Shown here one piece after another: positions 1 to 12,072 of a stretch of 64,000 nt of DNA. Under the pieces are notes generated by a model. It was given only the letters and a program-made list of their open reading frames with translations. It searched no databases and was not told the DNA's origin. The position numbers and the translations under genes were made by a program. Each line of letters starts with the position of its first letter. The first letter of the stretch is position 1. This DNA comes from Eledone cirrhosa (lineage: Eukaryota): positions 27,900,001 to 27,964,000 of the forward strand of contig OZ024752.1 of assembly GCA_964016885.1 (NCBI GenBank), in the 5' to 3' direction.

Positions 1-280
1 AGTGCAGACAGCCAGACATACAGACAGATATTATAAGGGCGCAACGTTATATCTATGTATATATCAAAAAAGAAAGACTAAGAATTATAGAGAGAGATCG
101 CTAAATCGCCTAATGCGGTCTCTAGAGCATGGAAAGTTTGAAATATGTTTTGCTCAAAACACTCATAGGACCATAAGTATTACATGTGTAAAGTCTGAAA
201 AAAATTGGTTGGGTGGTTCTCGAGTTTTAGGGATCCAGACAGACATTCTCTGTTTTAGATATATAGATAATCTAAATGTT

Positions 281-470
281 AATAACTGTTTCTACTTTAG
301 GCACAAGGCCAGCAATTACCCAGTGCATTACTGGTACTTTATTTTATCGACCCCGTAAGGATGAAAGGCAAAGTCAACCTCGGCGGGATTTGAACTCAGA
401 TCGTAAAGGGACGTAACTATGCTGGAAAGCATGGCGTCCGACTCTCTACCGATACTACCAATCCACCGCC
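281..470 (-). mobile_element. tRNA-headed SINE family 1
   Basis: A-box-like TGG.AGTATCGG, B-box GAGTTCAAATCC, body gcctttcatcct..ggggtcgataaaataaagtaccag (resembles the MetaSINE domain, from memory). More than 15 copies in the window. Confidence 0.85.
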
Positions 471-1175
471 CAATCTAAACGTTAATAACAATCGATAATT
501 ATCTATTTAGCGGTTTCACTTTATTATAATAATTCAACTCTTTACACATATTCATAAATGGATATATTAGATCATTCATCCAAATCATGTCGTGTTAAAA
601 TCATTTATATGGATTATTGTTTATGGTGAAGTCTAGCTTAAGTCTTAAATTTCGATTCAACGTTTACAGCTTTTATTTTAGCATTCCTTATGCATTTTTA
701 ATGATGGTGTTACATAAATGCAAAGATTTTGTATTGCCCTGTATTGTATTTCATATAAGTATGAATGCATATTTTCAGAATCTGTTATGAAGCTTTCTGA
801 TGTGATGAATTCCCATGTTACTAATTTGGCTATATTGTAGGAATGAAATATTTCGAGTTTTATAGACATTTGCTAAATGCTAAGACTAGTTTTTGGCAGT
901 TTATTGATAAGCATAAAACGTAGAAAGAGAAATTTATAAGTTTCAACTACACATAAGTTTTATTGCAGCAATAACATTTAGTACGATTGCTGATACCCAT
1001 TACGTGGTATATGAAATCTGTTTGTTTTACAATTCCCATACGTACGAAAATGATAAGTATTTTTACTTCTCTCTATATTCCTCGGTTGCAGGTATTTTTA
1101 TTATAGTGAATATTGAAAATGGTTTTATGTCAGAACTCCACACATTTTATATCTATTCTGTTGCACACACACACA

Positions 1176-1214
<39 letters not shown>

Positions 1215-1281
1215 ACACGCACAAACACAAACACACAAACACACACACACATATATATATAGATGTGTGTATATGTATATA

Positions 1282-1325
<44 letters not shown>

Positions 1326-1351
1326 GTGTTATAGTATATGTATATACATAT

Positions 1352-1400
<49 letters not shown>

Positions 1401-1401
1401 T

Positions 1402-1434
<33 letters not shown>

Positions 1435-1633
1435 ATGCCATATCTTTCACTTATTTATGCAACTCGAGAGGCCATTTATTTTCATTAGAGCAGTTGGAAT
1501 TATGGTTTATGAGATCATGCGTTGGTTCTTTTACTGTAATGATGTGAGAGGAAGGGGGAAGCTGGTGGAGAATAGTTGGATTAGTTGAATAATATAATTT
1601 ATTAATGTTTCTATTAAAGATGGTCTGTGTAGA

Positions 1634-1925
1634 TAATTGTTTCTACTTTTGGCACAAGGCCAGCAATTATCACAGTGCATTACTGGTACTTTATTTTATC
1701 GACCTCGTAAGGATGAGAGGCAAAGTTAACCTCGGCGGGATTTGAACTCAGAGCATAAAGGGCAGTAATTCTTTGCTGCAAAGCATGGCGTCCGACCCTC
1801 TACCAATACTGCCAATCCACCGGTAGGTAAAGTGCCTTGCCTTTTATCCTTACGGGGTCGATAAAATAAAGTCCCAGTAATGTACTGGACAATTGATGGC
1901 CTTGTGCTAAACGTAGAAACAATTA
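1634..1925. mobile_element. SINE family 1, full (-) copy plus adjacent partial (+) copy in inverted arrangement
   Basis: 1634-1821 (-) and 1826-1925 (+). Confidence 0.8.
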
Positions 1926-3074
1926 CTTTCAAAAAGAACTAAAATTTTTCCTGAAATCTCCAATTCCGTTGTTGTTGCTAAGGTGGTAGAAGGTATCATG
2001 ATATGATTTGGTTCTTGTGTTTATTACGATTGTATTCGAATTTTTTGTTTTATCTAAATAGCAAATCATTTTAAAATGTTTATTTCTTGATGGTTGAGGG
2101 TTTTAGTTATAACTAAGACATAAATAGTCAGTGGGTGTGTCAGTATACCTAAAATATATGACAAAAATAATTCATTCATTTAACAGACATAAATGTATAG
2201 CATTAGTATCAAGTGTCATTTTTGCTGCAAATTAAATACACATAATGTATTTGATAACATATTTACACTATTAATATGTAAATATATATATATATATACT
2301 TATATTCATGTGGTTGTACATATAGCCTCCATATGTACAACCACATGAATATAAGTAATAATCGTATGGTTTAAATTATATATTTGAATTTTAAGACAAT
2401 AAGACAAAAAATTAAGTCTTATATGATAAAACACAAATTATTGAAATACATATATGAATATGATAACGCTAACATGGTTATATATTTGAATGTGTTTAAT
2501 TATTAATTTGGAAATGATTGTGCTGTTGGTTTGCACATATATAATTTGCATCATTATATAAAATACATAAGGTAAACGGGAATAATTTGAAAGTAATAAA
2601 CGGGTATGTATATTGTTAAAAATATATATTTTGTCAGGAACTTGGCAATGTTTCGCTGAGATAAATATATGTAAATAAAAATGCACGTCTATATATCATC
2701 AACAATATATTCTTTTGTCAACAAAATATTAATGTGGTATGTACACATACAAGTATATATTCTTTTGTCAACGAAATATTAACGTGATATATAGACGTGT
2801 ATATATTTAATAAACAAATTGAGATATATACAGGCGTATGTATATAGTTCATGAACAAAATATTAATGAGGTATATATATGCATGATGTGTATATATTTC
2901 ATCACGAAAATATTAATGAAGTGTTTTCCTGTAGTAAATTAGCTTCTATGTCAGTCAATGATGTAATACGAAACATGCTATGAAGGGGAAACATTCATAA
3001 TAACTTATAATTTCCCCACAATATGGCAGATTTAATGAAACTTAAGTATCTGCATGTGCCACTAGTGTAACGGA

Positions 3075-3122
<48 letters not shown>

Positions 3123-3772
3123 ATATATGGTGGCTACCAACTCGTTTTCGAGTACGGCCACTACTTTATATCCATATAGGAGAACCCCTACCGATGCGCT
3201 GAACGAGTGTGACTTTTTAGTCCAGCCAGCGACCTGAAAACTCTGGTACAAACACTACACTTGTGACAATCATTGACACATAGTGCCGGGCCCATGGTAC
3301 CCTGTGACGACAAGTGCAGAGAGGTCTCCAGATATAAAGCAATGCCTGTGCCGTGAAGCTTTTATAGTGAGCAAAGGCACTGCACAAAGCCAGTCCCACT
3401 CTCTTAACCAAGATGATATTTACCAAAAAGAAGAACAAGTAAACATCATTGGATACCATCAGAGTTGCAGGTGTTATATCAGAGTTTTCCTTCTCCTAGA
3501 ATTCTGCCCTGACAAAGGCTAAAGGGTCATCTCTCCCGGTGATTTTGGATGGCCATTGACTCTTAAGAGCTCCTTTTCCCTTTGACAGGTCTTGTTTTTA
3601 GTCCTGCAGGATGTCCAAGTCACCCTCCTCACCAAGAAACCTTGGTGGGGTTGCCAGTTTAGTCGCCAACGACCCGACCATGGGTCAGGTTGTACTGGGA
3701 TACATGTTACCAGTAGCACCAACTGGTGACCTGACATGGTGTGTATATATATATACATATACATATACATAG

Positions 3773-3807
<35 letters not shown>

Positions 3808-3817
3808 ATATGTATAT

Positions 3818-3868
<51 letters not shown>

Positions 3869-3873
3869 CATAG

Positions 3874-3945
<72 letters not shown>

Positions 3946-3984
3946 TACATATATATACATATATATATGTATACATATACATAT

Positions 3985-4065
<81 letters not shown>

Positions 4066-4113
4066 TATACATATATATATATATACATAGTATATATACA
4101 TATATATATATAC

Positions 4114-4192
<79 letters not shown>

Positions 4193-4197
<5 letters not shown>

Positions 4198-5314
4198 GAA
4201 AAAAGTTTGTCCTTCATCAATGATCTTCCAACCATCATAGGCATTTCATCGCTTTAAAGACCATATACCTCCGGTTGGTGCGAGCAACGGCTAAAAAAAG
4301 TCGTTGGGACACGTAAATAAAGGGGACGCGAGGGTAAACAAACAAAATGGTGAAGCAACAGAAAGTGAGGAAGAAGGAGACAAGTCCCAAATTTCTATGA
4401 ATTTAAATTCGGTGAAATCGTGAACGAGAGAATAAAGACCATCAAACCTGGTTGAAATGTGAGCAAGGAAGGAATTTCGCACAGGTCTCACGGGAGGAAG
4501 AAGGGGTCTGGTCTGCGAATTCGGTAAACATAAGTTCTGTGAAATCGTAGACGAGAGAGAGAAAAAATTCCGACCAGCTTGGCCGAGCGTGCGAGAGAAA
4601 AGAATTACACACAGGTCAAACGGGAAGAAAGAGGAGGAGGAGAGGTAATGACAGAGAATGAGTGAGTGAAGGATGAGGAAGAGGCTAACAGAGAGAGAGA
4701 CTGCTAGAAAGGGTAAAGATACATAGAACGAAAAAGACGTGTAGCAGTAGAGGAAAGAATATGTGTAAATCTGATAATAAGGGCGCTGAGGAGTTGCAAA
4801 TGGGTTACATATGAAAAAAGTTTGTCCTTCATCAGTGATCTTCCAATCATCTCTGTTAGCCTCTTCCTCACCCTTCACTCACTCATTCTCTGTCACTACC
4901 AAGCTGGTCGGAATTTTTTCTCTCTCTCGTCTACGATTTCACAGAACTTATGTTTACCGAATTCGCAGACCAGACCCCTTCTTCCTCCCGTGAGACCTGT
5001 GCGAAATTCCTTGATGGTTTGATGGTTTGATGGTCTTTATTCTCTCGTTCACGATTTCACCGAATTTAAATTCATAGAAATTTGGGACTTGTCTCCTTCT
5101 TCCTCACTTTCTGTTGCTTCACCATTTTGTTTGTTTACCCTCGCGTCCCCTTTATTTACGTGTCCCAACGACTTTTTTTAGCCGTTGCTCGCACCAACCG
5201 GAGGTATATGGTCTTTAAAGCGATGAAATGCCTATGATGGTTGGAAGATCACTGATGAAGGACAAACTTTTTTCATATGTAACCCATTTGCAACTCCGCA
5301 GCGCCCTTATTATC

Positions 5315-5315
<1 letters not shown>
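4193..5315. repeat. Fold-back element (nested inverted and direct repeats) inserted in (TA)n
   Basis: ~4195-4580 inverted with ~4902-5279; 4642-4692 inverted with 4850-4900; 4808-4850 repeats 4194-4237. Confidence 0.85.
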
Positions 5316-5387
<72 letters not shown>

Positions 5388-5393
5388 GAGAGA

Positions 5394-5471
<78 letters not shown>

Positions 5472-5973
5472 AAACATCACGGACGCTATATCTCAAAATT
5501 ATTTTTGAAAAGCATTAGAAATGCGCAACCGGTAAACCTTAAAACCAAAACTGAATACTAACCAATAGTATTACTAATTCTCACTTATTCCTAATTAAAC
5601 TATTTTTCACTGTGAACAATTTGTCAGCATTTTCTATTCCGTTTACCAATATATATATATATATATTAAAAAGAAATCAAGGTTTCACATTAAGTTCTTT
5701 ATTGATAATACACATTTACTTCCGTTTCACAGTTTGGTGGCTCAGGACTTATGGAAATGCTATAGACCCGACTTCAAACTCCAGCCATCAGCCTTGTAAA
5801 TCAAGATTTTGGATTTGTTGATTAACAAGTCTGATGAATCAGTCATAACTATGTATAATAAATAAAGTCCTTGCTTTCTCATTTTATATCTACACTCTGT
5901 CATAGCATAGAGTCTGATTTTGGTACCTTTTTCAGTAAACCACGAATCTACTGAATCACTTATTACACACACA

Positions 5974-6054
<81 letters not shown>

Positions 6055-6405
6055 AGAGAGAGAGAGAGATAGCGAAAGATATATGCATATATATATATAT
6101 TTATATAAAGGTAAACACCACCCTCCTCAACCACGAATGGCCATGGATTTGCACCTACAATGTTCTACAATCTTATACTCAGCGGTACCAGTCCCGCCAT
6201 TTCCATAGCTGGGTGAATATATATATATATTGGAAAAAGTATGATCCCGACGGCTATTTCTAGACTAGTCTAGAATTAGCCGTCGAAACGGCTTGAGCTC
6301 TGCCGTCGGGGTCATACTTTTTCCTATTTCCCACTCTACTACCGTAAGTATTGAGTACTCTGGTGCGTTATGGTCCATCTGGTTCCTTACCACAATTCCT
6401 TCGTT

Positions 6406-6478
<73 letters not shown>

Positions 6479-6734
6479 TATAACAATATATATATATATA
6501 TACAGAATGTGTGACGAAAGAACTTTGACAATATATAAACAACTATCTGGTTGTGGAACCAACCAACCAACCAGAAATTTATAAATTCCTAAATTTATAA
6601 ATTTATTATAATAAATGGAAGTGAAGCATTTGGTGCGTGTGTTTCTTATTGGCAACATGACCCTCCCAAAATATAACAATATCGGTTTCAACACACGATT
6701 TCAGATAAAGAATCTTGCTAAACAAATTCAGAAA

Positions 6735-6798
<64 letters not shown>

Positions 6799-7559
6799 GG
6801 TATTAATGGAAGAGAAGGAATTAAGCATACTAGAATTTAATCCATAGATAATATAACCGACGGAGTAGATGAAAGCTATTAACACAATTTTGTCTACACC
6901 ACCTAAAAGCTCACATATTACATGTAGTACCTGCAGCAGAAATATGTAACTTAAGACGAGGACATTAATATGACATATTCAATATACAAAATAATTGGAA
7001 GAAATTTATCAGGAACAGGTAATCAATAGACAATTACTTAGAACGTGACAACCAAGACTGTATAGAGGTAAATATAGGAATACCGTATAGAGGAAAATAA
7101 GAACAATTATCAGATAAGGAATCAAGACAGAAGTAAATCCACCAAATGATTACGGCATGCTTATTGAAGCCCCTCCGTAGATATTTCCCCAAACTACTAA
7201 ATAAACCGAATTGTGATAAGTCACGTGTGATTTAAAGCATCACAGCTGAATGGCGAACAAAAGTAATAGCCCCTCGGTGGCCTACAGATATTATTTTTGT
7301 AACTTTATGTAGATTTACAATTTTTATATCATGTTGTAGTTTGTGCTTTACCATGGACCTCATAATAGGGTCTCGTGTTTACCGATCATGAATGAAGACC
7401 ACTTCAAACATTCAAAACCATAAAGGACAGCAGGTAGGATATACGAGTTACAGATTTTACTTTTGATATAAAGTAGAATCCGTTATGAGGTTATGTGGTT
7501 CTTATTTTCCTTAAAATCTGCCGAGAACTAAGCCTTTTCTCTGACGAACTACAACAGAA

Positions 7560-8680
7560 CAGTTTATAGCCTTAATAGACAAATTCTGAAACCTGGGCTT
7601 ATTAAATATTGTAATGTGTAGCGTAGATTATTTTTATTTGTTGGTATATAGATTTGGAGACGTTTACAAATATCACAATATCTGCTGCATGCCTAGCTGG
7701 GGCATCAAGTTATTTTTGCTGACCTTGACCAGTGCTGTTTACAGCGGTTATGTCATCACCGTGGCTAAAATTTTACAGGAGCTGGCCCCTGACCGAGAAA
7801 TCTGAGATACATCCTACTTCTGTCTTCAAGACTATGGATGCTATGACAGTGCAGAAGAGTGAAGCCGAAATAATTCACCTTGTTTTGCACCTTTGATGAT
7901 GTTGAAATATTTGGAGATACCTGTGTGTGTTTTTATGGCTGTTGTATACTTATATATTTACTTTAGGGGATTTATTTATCTCTTGTTGAGGCATGTGTTA
8001 TCAAGCCGTTTCGAGAAAATAGTGACGTTCACATTATCAAAACCTTTCGTGAAAACGATGTTGTCTATATATACTGGGTTGTTCAGCAGTACCTCTACTA
8101 GGTTAATATACTGCTTTAGATGCAGAAAAGATGAAAAGGTATCATCTTTAACATGTGAAGCTGTGATGCTAATAAACAGTTTATAAACACTAACTAGGGC
8201 GGTAATTGCCTCAATCCAGTCAGTTATCCTTTTTGAAGACAACAGCGCTTCTTTAAAACCCTCAGATAAAGAGCCAGTAATTAGTATTTGATTGGAAAGA
8301 TGAAATAAGGCATTCTCTAAGGTTTCTTCACCAGCTTTATGATATTCTCATTAGATGTTATCTAATCCTGGACTTTTATTGATTTTCAAGTTTTTCTTCT
8401 AATATGAGAACAGGTGAAGTGGGATTATATTGTGTATCGTCAATAAACAGACTTTCTGTGGTGAGTCTAAAGGGGAATTCTTCAAAAATCACATTCATAC
8501 AATGCTATTTCCCGATAACCCCTCATCCTAATGAAGTTATTGAAGTCTATGACTAAATCCAGTCTATTGTAGACACTATACCAGCTTGAGACCTTAACTG
8601 AAAAACAGGGAAACTTCATACAAATTATCCATCTTACATTGTTAAACATGCTCTTTGGAACGTTGATGATTGTGATCAAC
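7560..8680 (-). mobile_element. Old degenerate LINE RT remnant (probably RTE clade)
   Basis: Fragmentary KSPGLDNI, GNYRPS.YKLF, FTKGFDNV, GAKQG and HGDDI; many stops; boundaries approximate. Confidence 0.6.
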
Positions 8681-8936
8681 TCGTGCAGAATTATGAATTA
8701 GAAACGATTCGATTGTGATCAACTCCAAGTTTCAAAAGATATAAGCTTCAGACATGGAAAACCCTTGATGAAAAAACAAAAATCCGATCTATTTCATCCT
8801 GATATGCAAGTCATCCGTTCCAGAGAATGTTCTGAACAGCATGGCTCTCAGCGTGACTGATATATCAGATCATAGATTGGTTACAGTAAAGATTAGAATA
8901 CAATAATAAATCAATACTCACAAACCCATATGGGGA

Positions 8937-9863
8937 AATTAATTAACTCACTACTAATTAATTAATTATTTCACTATTATACCATCCTTTGTGAAACATG
9001 TTTAAAGTTTGAAGTTCTGACCGATCTGCGGAAAAAGTTTCTATTTTGAAATTTAAACGTGTCTAGGTACCAAGGCCTTTTGTCCATATGGGTTTGTGAG
9101 TATTGATTTATTATTTTTTAGATCGACACAGGAAAACTATATGTATTTGAATTAAGATATTTCATTCTAACTATTTTATTTGTCAATTGCAACTGAAACA
9201 TGTAAATGTTTATCATATATTAATTTATACTGCTCAGAAGTGATTCTTAGAGCTGAAATAATTGTAAATGACCCCATTGAGTGTAAACTCTAAGTTATAT
9301 TATATTACTGCTCCCTCAGTCGAGCTGAATTTGTAATCCCATATAAACGGCTGTTATTTCTAGCACTATGAGTGTGGGAGGTTAGAGGACTGGAATAAGT
9401 CGTGTGCAAAACCTCGTGTATTTTCGCTACATTAACCAGACCTTAGATATTTGTCTGAGGTGAAGTTACTTAATTTATCTGGGTACCTATTGATAAACAC
9501 AGAAAATTAATTAACTCACTACTAATTAATTAATTATTTCACTATTATACCATTCTTTGTGAAACATGTTTAAAGTTTGAAGTTCTGACCGATCTGCGGA
9601 AAAAGTTTCTATTTTGAAATTTAAACGTGTCTAGGTACCAAGGCCTTTTGCCCATATGGGTTTGTGAATATTGATTTATTATTTTTTAGATCGACACAGG
9701 CAAACTATATGTATTTGAATTAAGATATTTCATTCTAACTATTTTATTTGTCAATTGCAACTGAAACATATAAATGTTTATCATATATTAATTTATACTG
9801 CTCAGAAGTGATTCTTAGAGCTGAAATAATTGTATATGACCCCATTGAGTGTAAACTCTAAGT

Positions 9864-9870
<7 letters not shown>
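8937..9870. repeat. Direct repeat of about 370 bp
   Basis: 8937-9307 versus 9505-9870, nearly identical; short inverted piece at 8903-8932. Confidence 0.9.
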
Positions 9871-9903
<33 letters not shown>

Positions 9904-9935
9904 TCATTCAGAATATTAACAAAAGTAGAACTTCA

Positions 9936-10002
9936 TATTTTATTATACATATTTCAGAGGTACTGAGCTAACTTCAACAGTACGTCCTCCTCAGATAAAA
10001 TA
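9936..10002 (-). ncRNA. Type I minimal hammerhead ribozyme motif
   Basis: TATTTTAT CTGAGGA ggacgtactg..cagtacctct GAA ATATGTAT A ATAAAATA; 8-bp stem I, self-complementary stem III. Confidence 0.75.
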
Positions 10003-10057
10003 AGATGATGCATGACATACCCTGACATAGTAGATGGTTAAGATCCAGTCATGGTAG

Positions 10058-10092
<35 letters not shown>

Positions 10093-10099
10093 TATATAC

Positions 10100-10171
<72 letters not shown>

Positions 10172-10223
10172 GTATATATATATATATATATATAGTTATG
10201 TAATAAACAACATAAGGCAATTA

Positions 10224-10284
10224 TTTCATTTACCAGTGGTTTCTTAAAAGCAAAAGAATTTTGCTTTCAATCATCAGAATGAAA
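10224..10284 (-). ncRNA. Type I hammerhead ribozyme
   Basis: TTTCATT CTGATGA ttgaaagcaaaa-ttc-ttttgcttttaa GAA ACC-act-GGT A AATGAAA; GUA cleavage triplet. Confidence 0.88.
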
Positions 10285-10390
10285 AAATCCTGGTGTATTT
10301 ATTGGCGTTGGATTTTAAAAAACAAAAATATAATCTATATAGATTATATTATTGTTTTTAAAATCAACGCCAATAAATACACCACGATTT

Positions 10391-10451
10391 TTTCATTCTG
10401 ACGATTGAAAGAAAAATATTTTTGCTTTTAAGAAACGACTGGTAAATGAAA
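10391..10451 (+). ncRNA. Type I hammerhead ribozyme (inverted partner of 10224-10284)
   Basis: TTTCATT CTGACGA ttgaaag..cttttaa GAA ACgactgGT A AATGAAA; one stem III mismatch. Confidence 0.75.
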
Positions 10452-10546
10452 TAATTGCCTTATGTTGTTTATTACATAACTATAAGCTCTGTTACCTACA
10501 TAGAGCACTCTTTTTTCCTGCACTATTCCGACGGAATTACTTCATT

Positions 10547-10582
<36 letters not shown>

Positions 10583-10741
10583 TAGAGAGAGAGATTTTGA
10601 GTATATGTTGGTTGTATACCAACACCTCAGTATGCAGGCTGGAGCACTCGACGAAGTGCGCAGGTTGGTTTGGTTACTCCGGAGTAATGTAAAATAAAGT
10701 TAAATAAAAAGTCAAATGTTTAAAATTTAGCTTCGTTTATT

Positions 10742-10796
10742 ACTGCCATATATATTTCAGTGACAGCCATCTTTGGGTGTGACCTCTTCAGGCAGT
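10742..10796 (-). ncRNA. Degenerate hammerhead motif (G at position 17)
   Basis: ACTGC CTGAAGA ggtcacaccc..ggctgtcact GAA ATATATAT G GCAGT; on the same strand as the Penelope ORF at 12073-13635. Confidence 0.55.
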
Positions 10797-12072
10797 TTGA
10801 ATTACTATGGTATAGACAAGTACATATGTTGTTTAGGTGTATAATATTGTCAATACTCTGATATGCCCAGTTCCTTGTTGGGTTGTTATTTCACTGAGGA
10901 ACTGGAATCATATGAATTCAAACAAACGAATTTCAGTGTCAAAGGGCCTCTTCTCCTCTCATTGGTCAGTTATTAGCACATTCCTCGTTCTAAGTGTTGT
11001 TATTGTTGGAGTTAGCTTAACAAATTGATAAAATGGTAGAAAGGACAAGGTGTTAAAGGAACAAAATAACAAAAAAGTGTCAAACTTCCCATTGGTCAGT
11101 TCTGAGAGCATTCCTCAGTCAGAAGTCTATAGAATTCTTTCTGGGGTGAGGCTCCCTGTAGTGTTTGTGTTTGCTATTGTTAAGTACATTTGACTTCTAC
11201 CATTATTTTGGTAGTGTTGTTGGTGTTGTGGTCATCTTATGTCTTGCTGCTGCTAACAATTTGGAAGTATCCAGTGTGTGTTTTTTCTTCATCCCTCCTA
11301 CCACCATCTCTCATAGTGGTGGTGTGGGGGTGGGGGGATTCATCCATGTATATGAAGAAATATAAGGCAATAAATGAAAAAAACAGAAAATAAATAATAT
11401 AATAAAATAATTAATATAATTTGTATAATTTGAAAATAAATAAATAGAGAATAAAGAATAAAGAATAAATGAAAAATTGGTGAAAAAGTAATGAACATGA
11501 ATATGGAGAAGTGAAAAATAATGTAGGATAAAGTGTGTGTTTGCTGTAACCAATCTCAAGGTCAGAAATATGTTGGATAGATTGGTATGAGGACAAGATG
11601 TTAAAACAAGATAATCAAACAAAACGTGTTTGTGTTATAATCAATCTCAACTTAAAAATAAATATAAGGTGATACAGTGAAGAGGGCAGAAAACAAATAA
11701 CAAATTAATAAAGAGAAATCAAAATTTAAAATTGGAACTTGAAAATCAGAAATCTAGTAAATTAAAAAGTGTTTGTGTTATATAGATGTTGGCCAAATTA
11801 TAATGGCTGTGTCCGATTCAATCTCTAGGCTATCATGGTGTCTGCTCAGTCTGGGTTGTTCCCTATGGCTTGAGGGGAGTTCAATATTTTTGCTTTTAAG
11901 AAACGACTGGTAAATGAAATAATTGCCTTATGGTGTTTATTACATAACTATAAGCTCTGTTACCTACATGTTGTAACTGCCCATATAGCTTGAGGGAGGT
12001 CTGGCCGAGAGGTGTTTCCATGTTCTGTAGAATTCCCTATAGCTTGACAGGAGTTCACATCTTCTTGTGTTG

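Noticed and set aside
4781-4840. CTGAGGA...GAAA and the opposite-strand CTGATGA as a hammerhead
   Set aside because: No stem I or stem III could be formed, and the other copy reads CTGCGGA.
5830-5900. CTGATGA motif
   Set aside because: No GAAA/UH arrangement at a compatible position.
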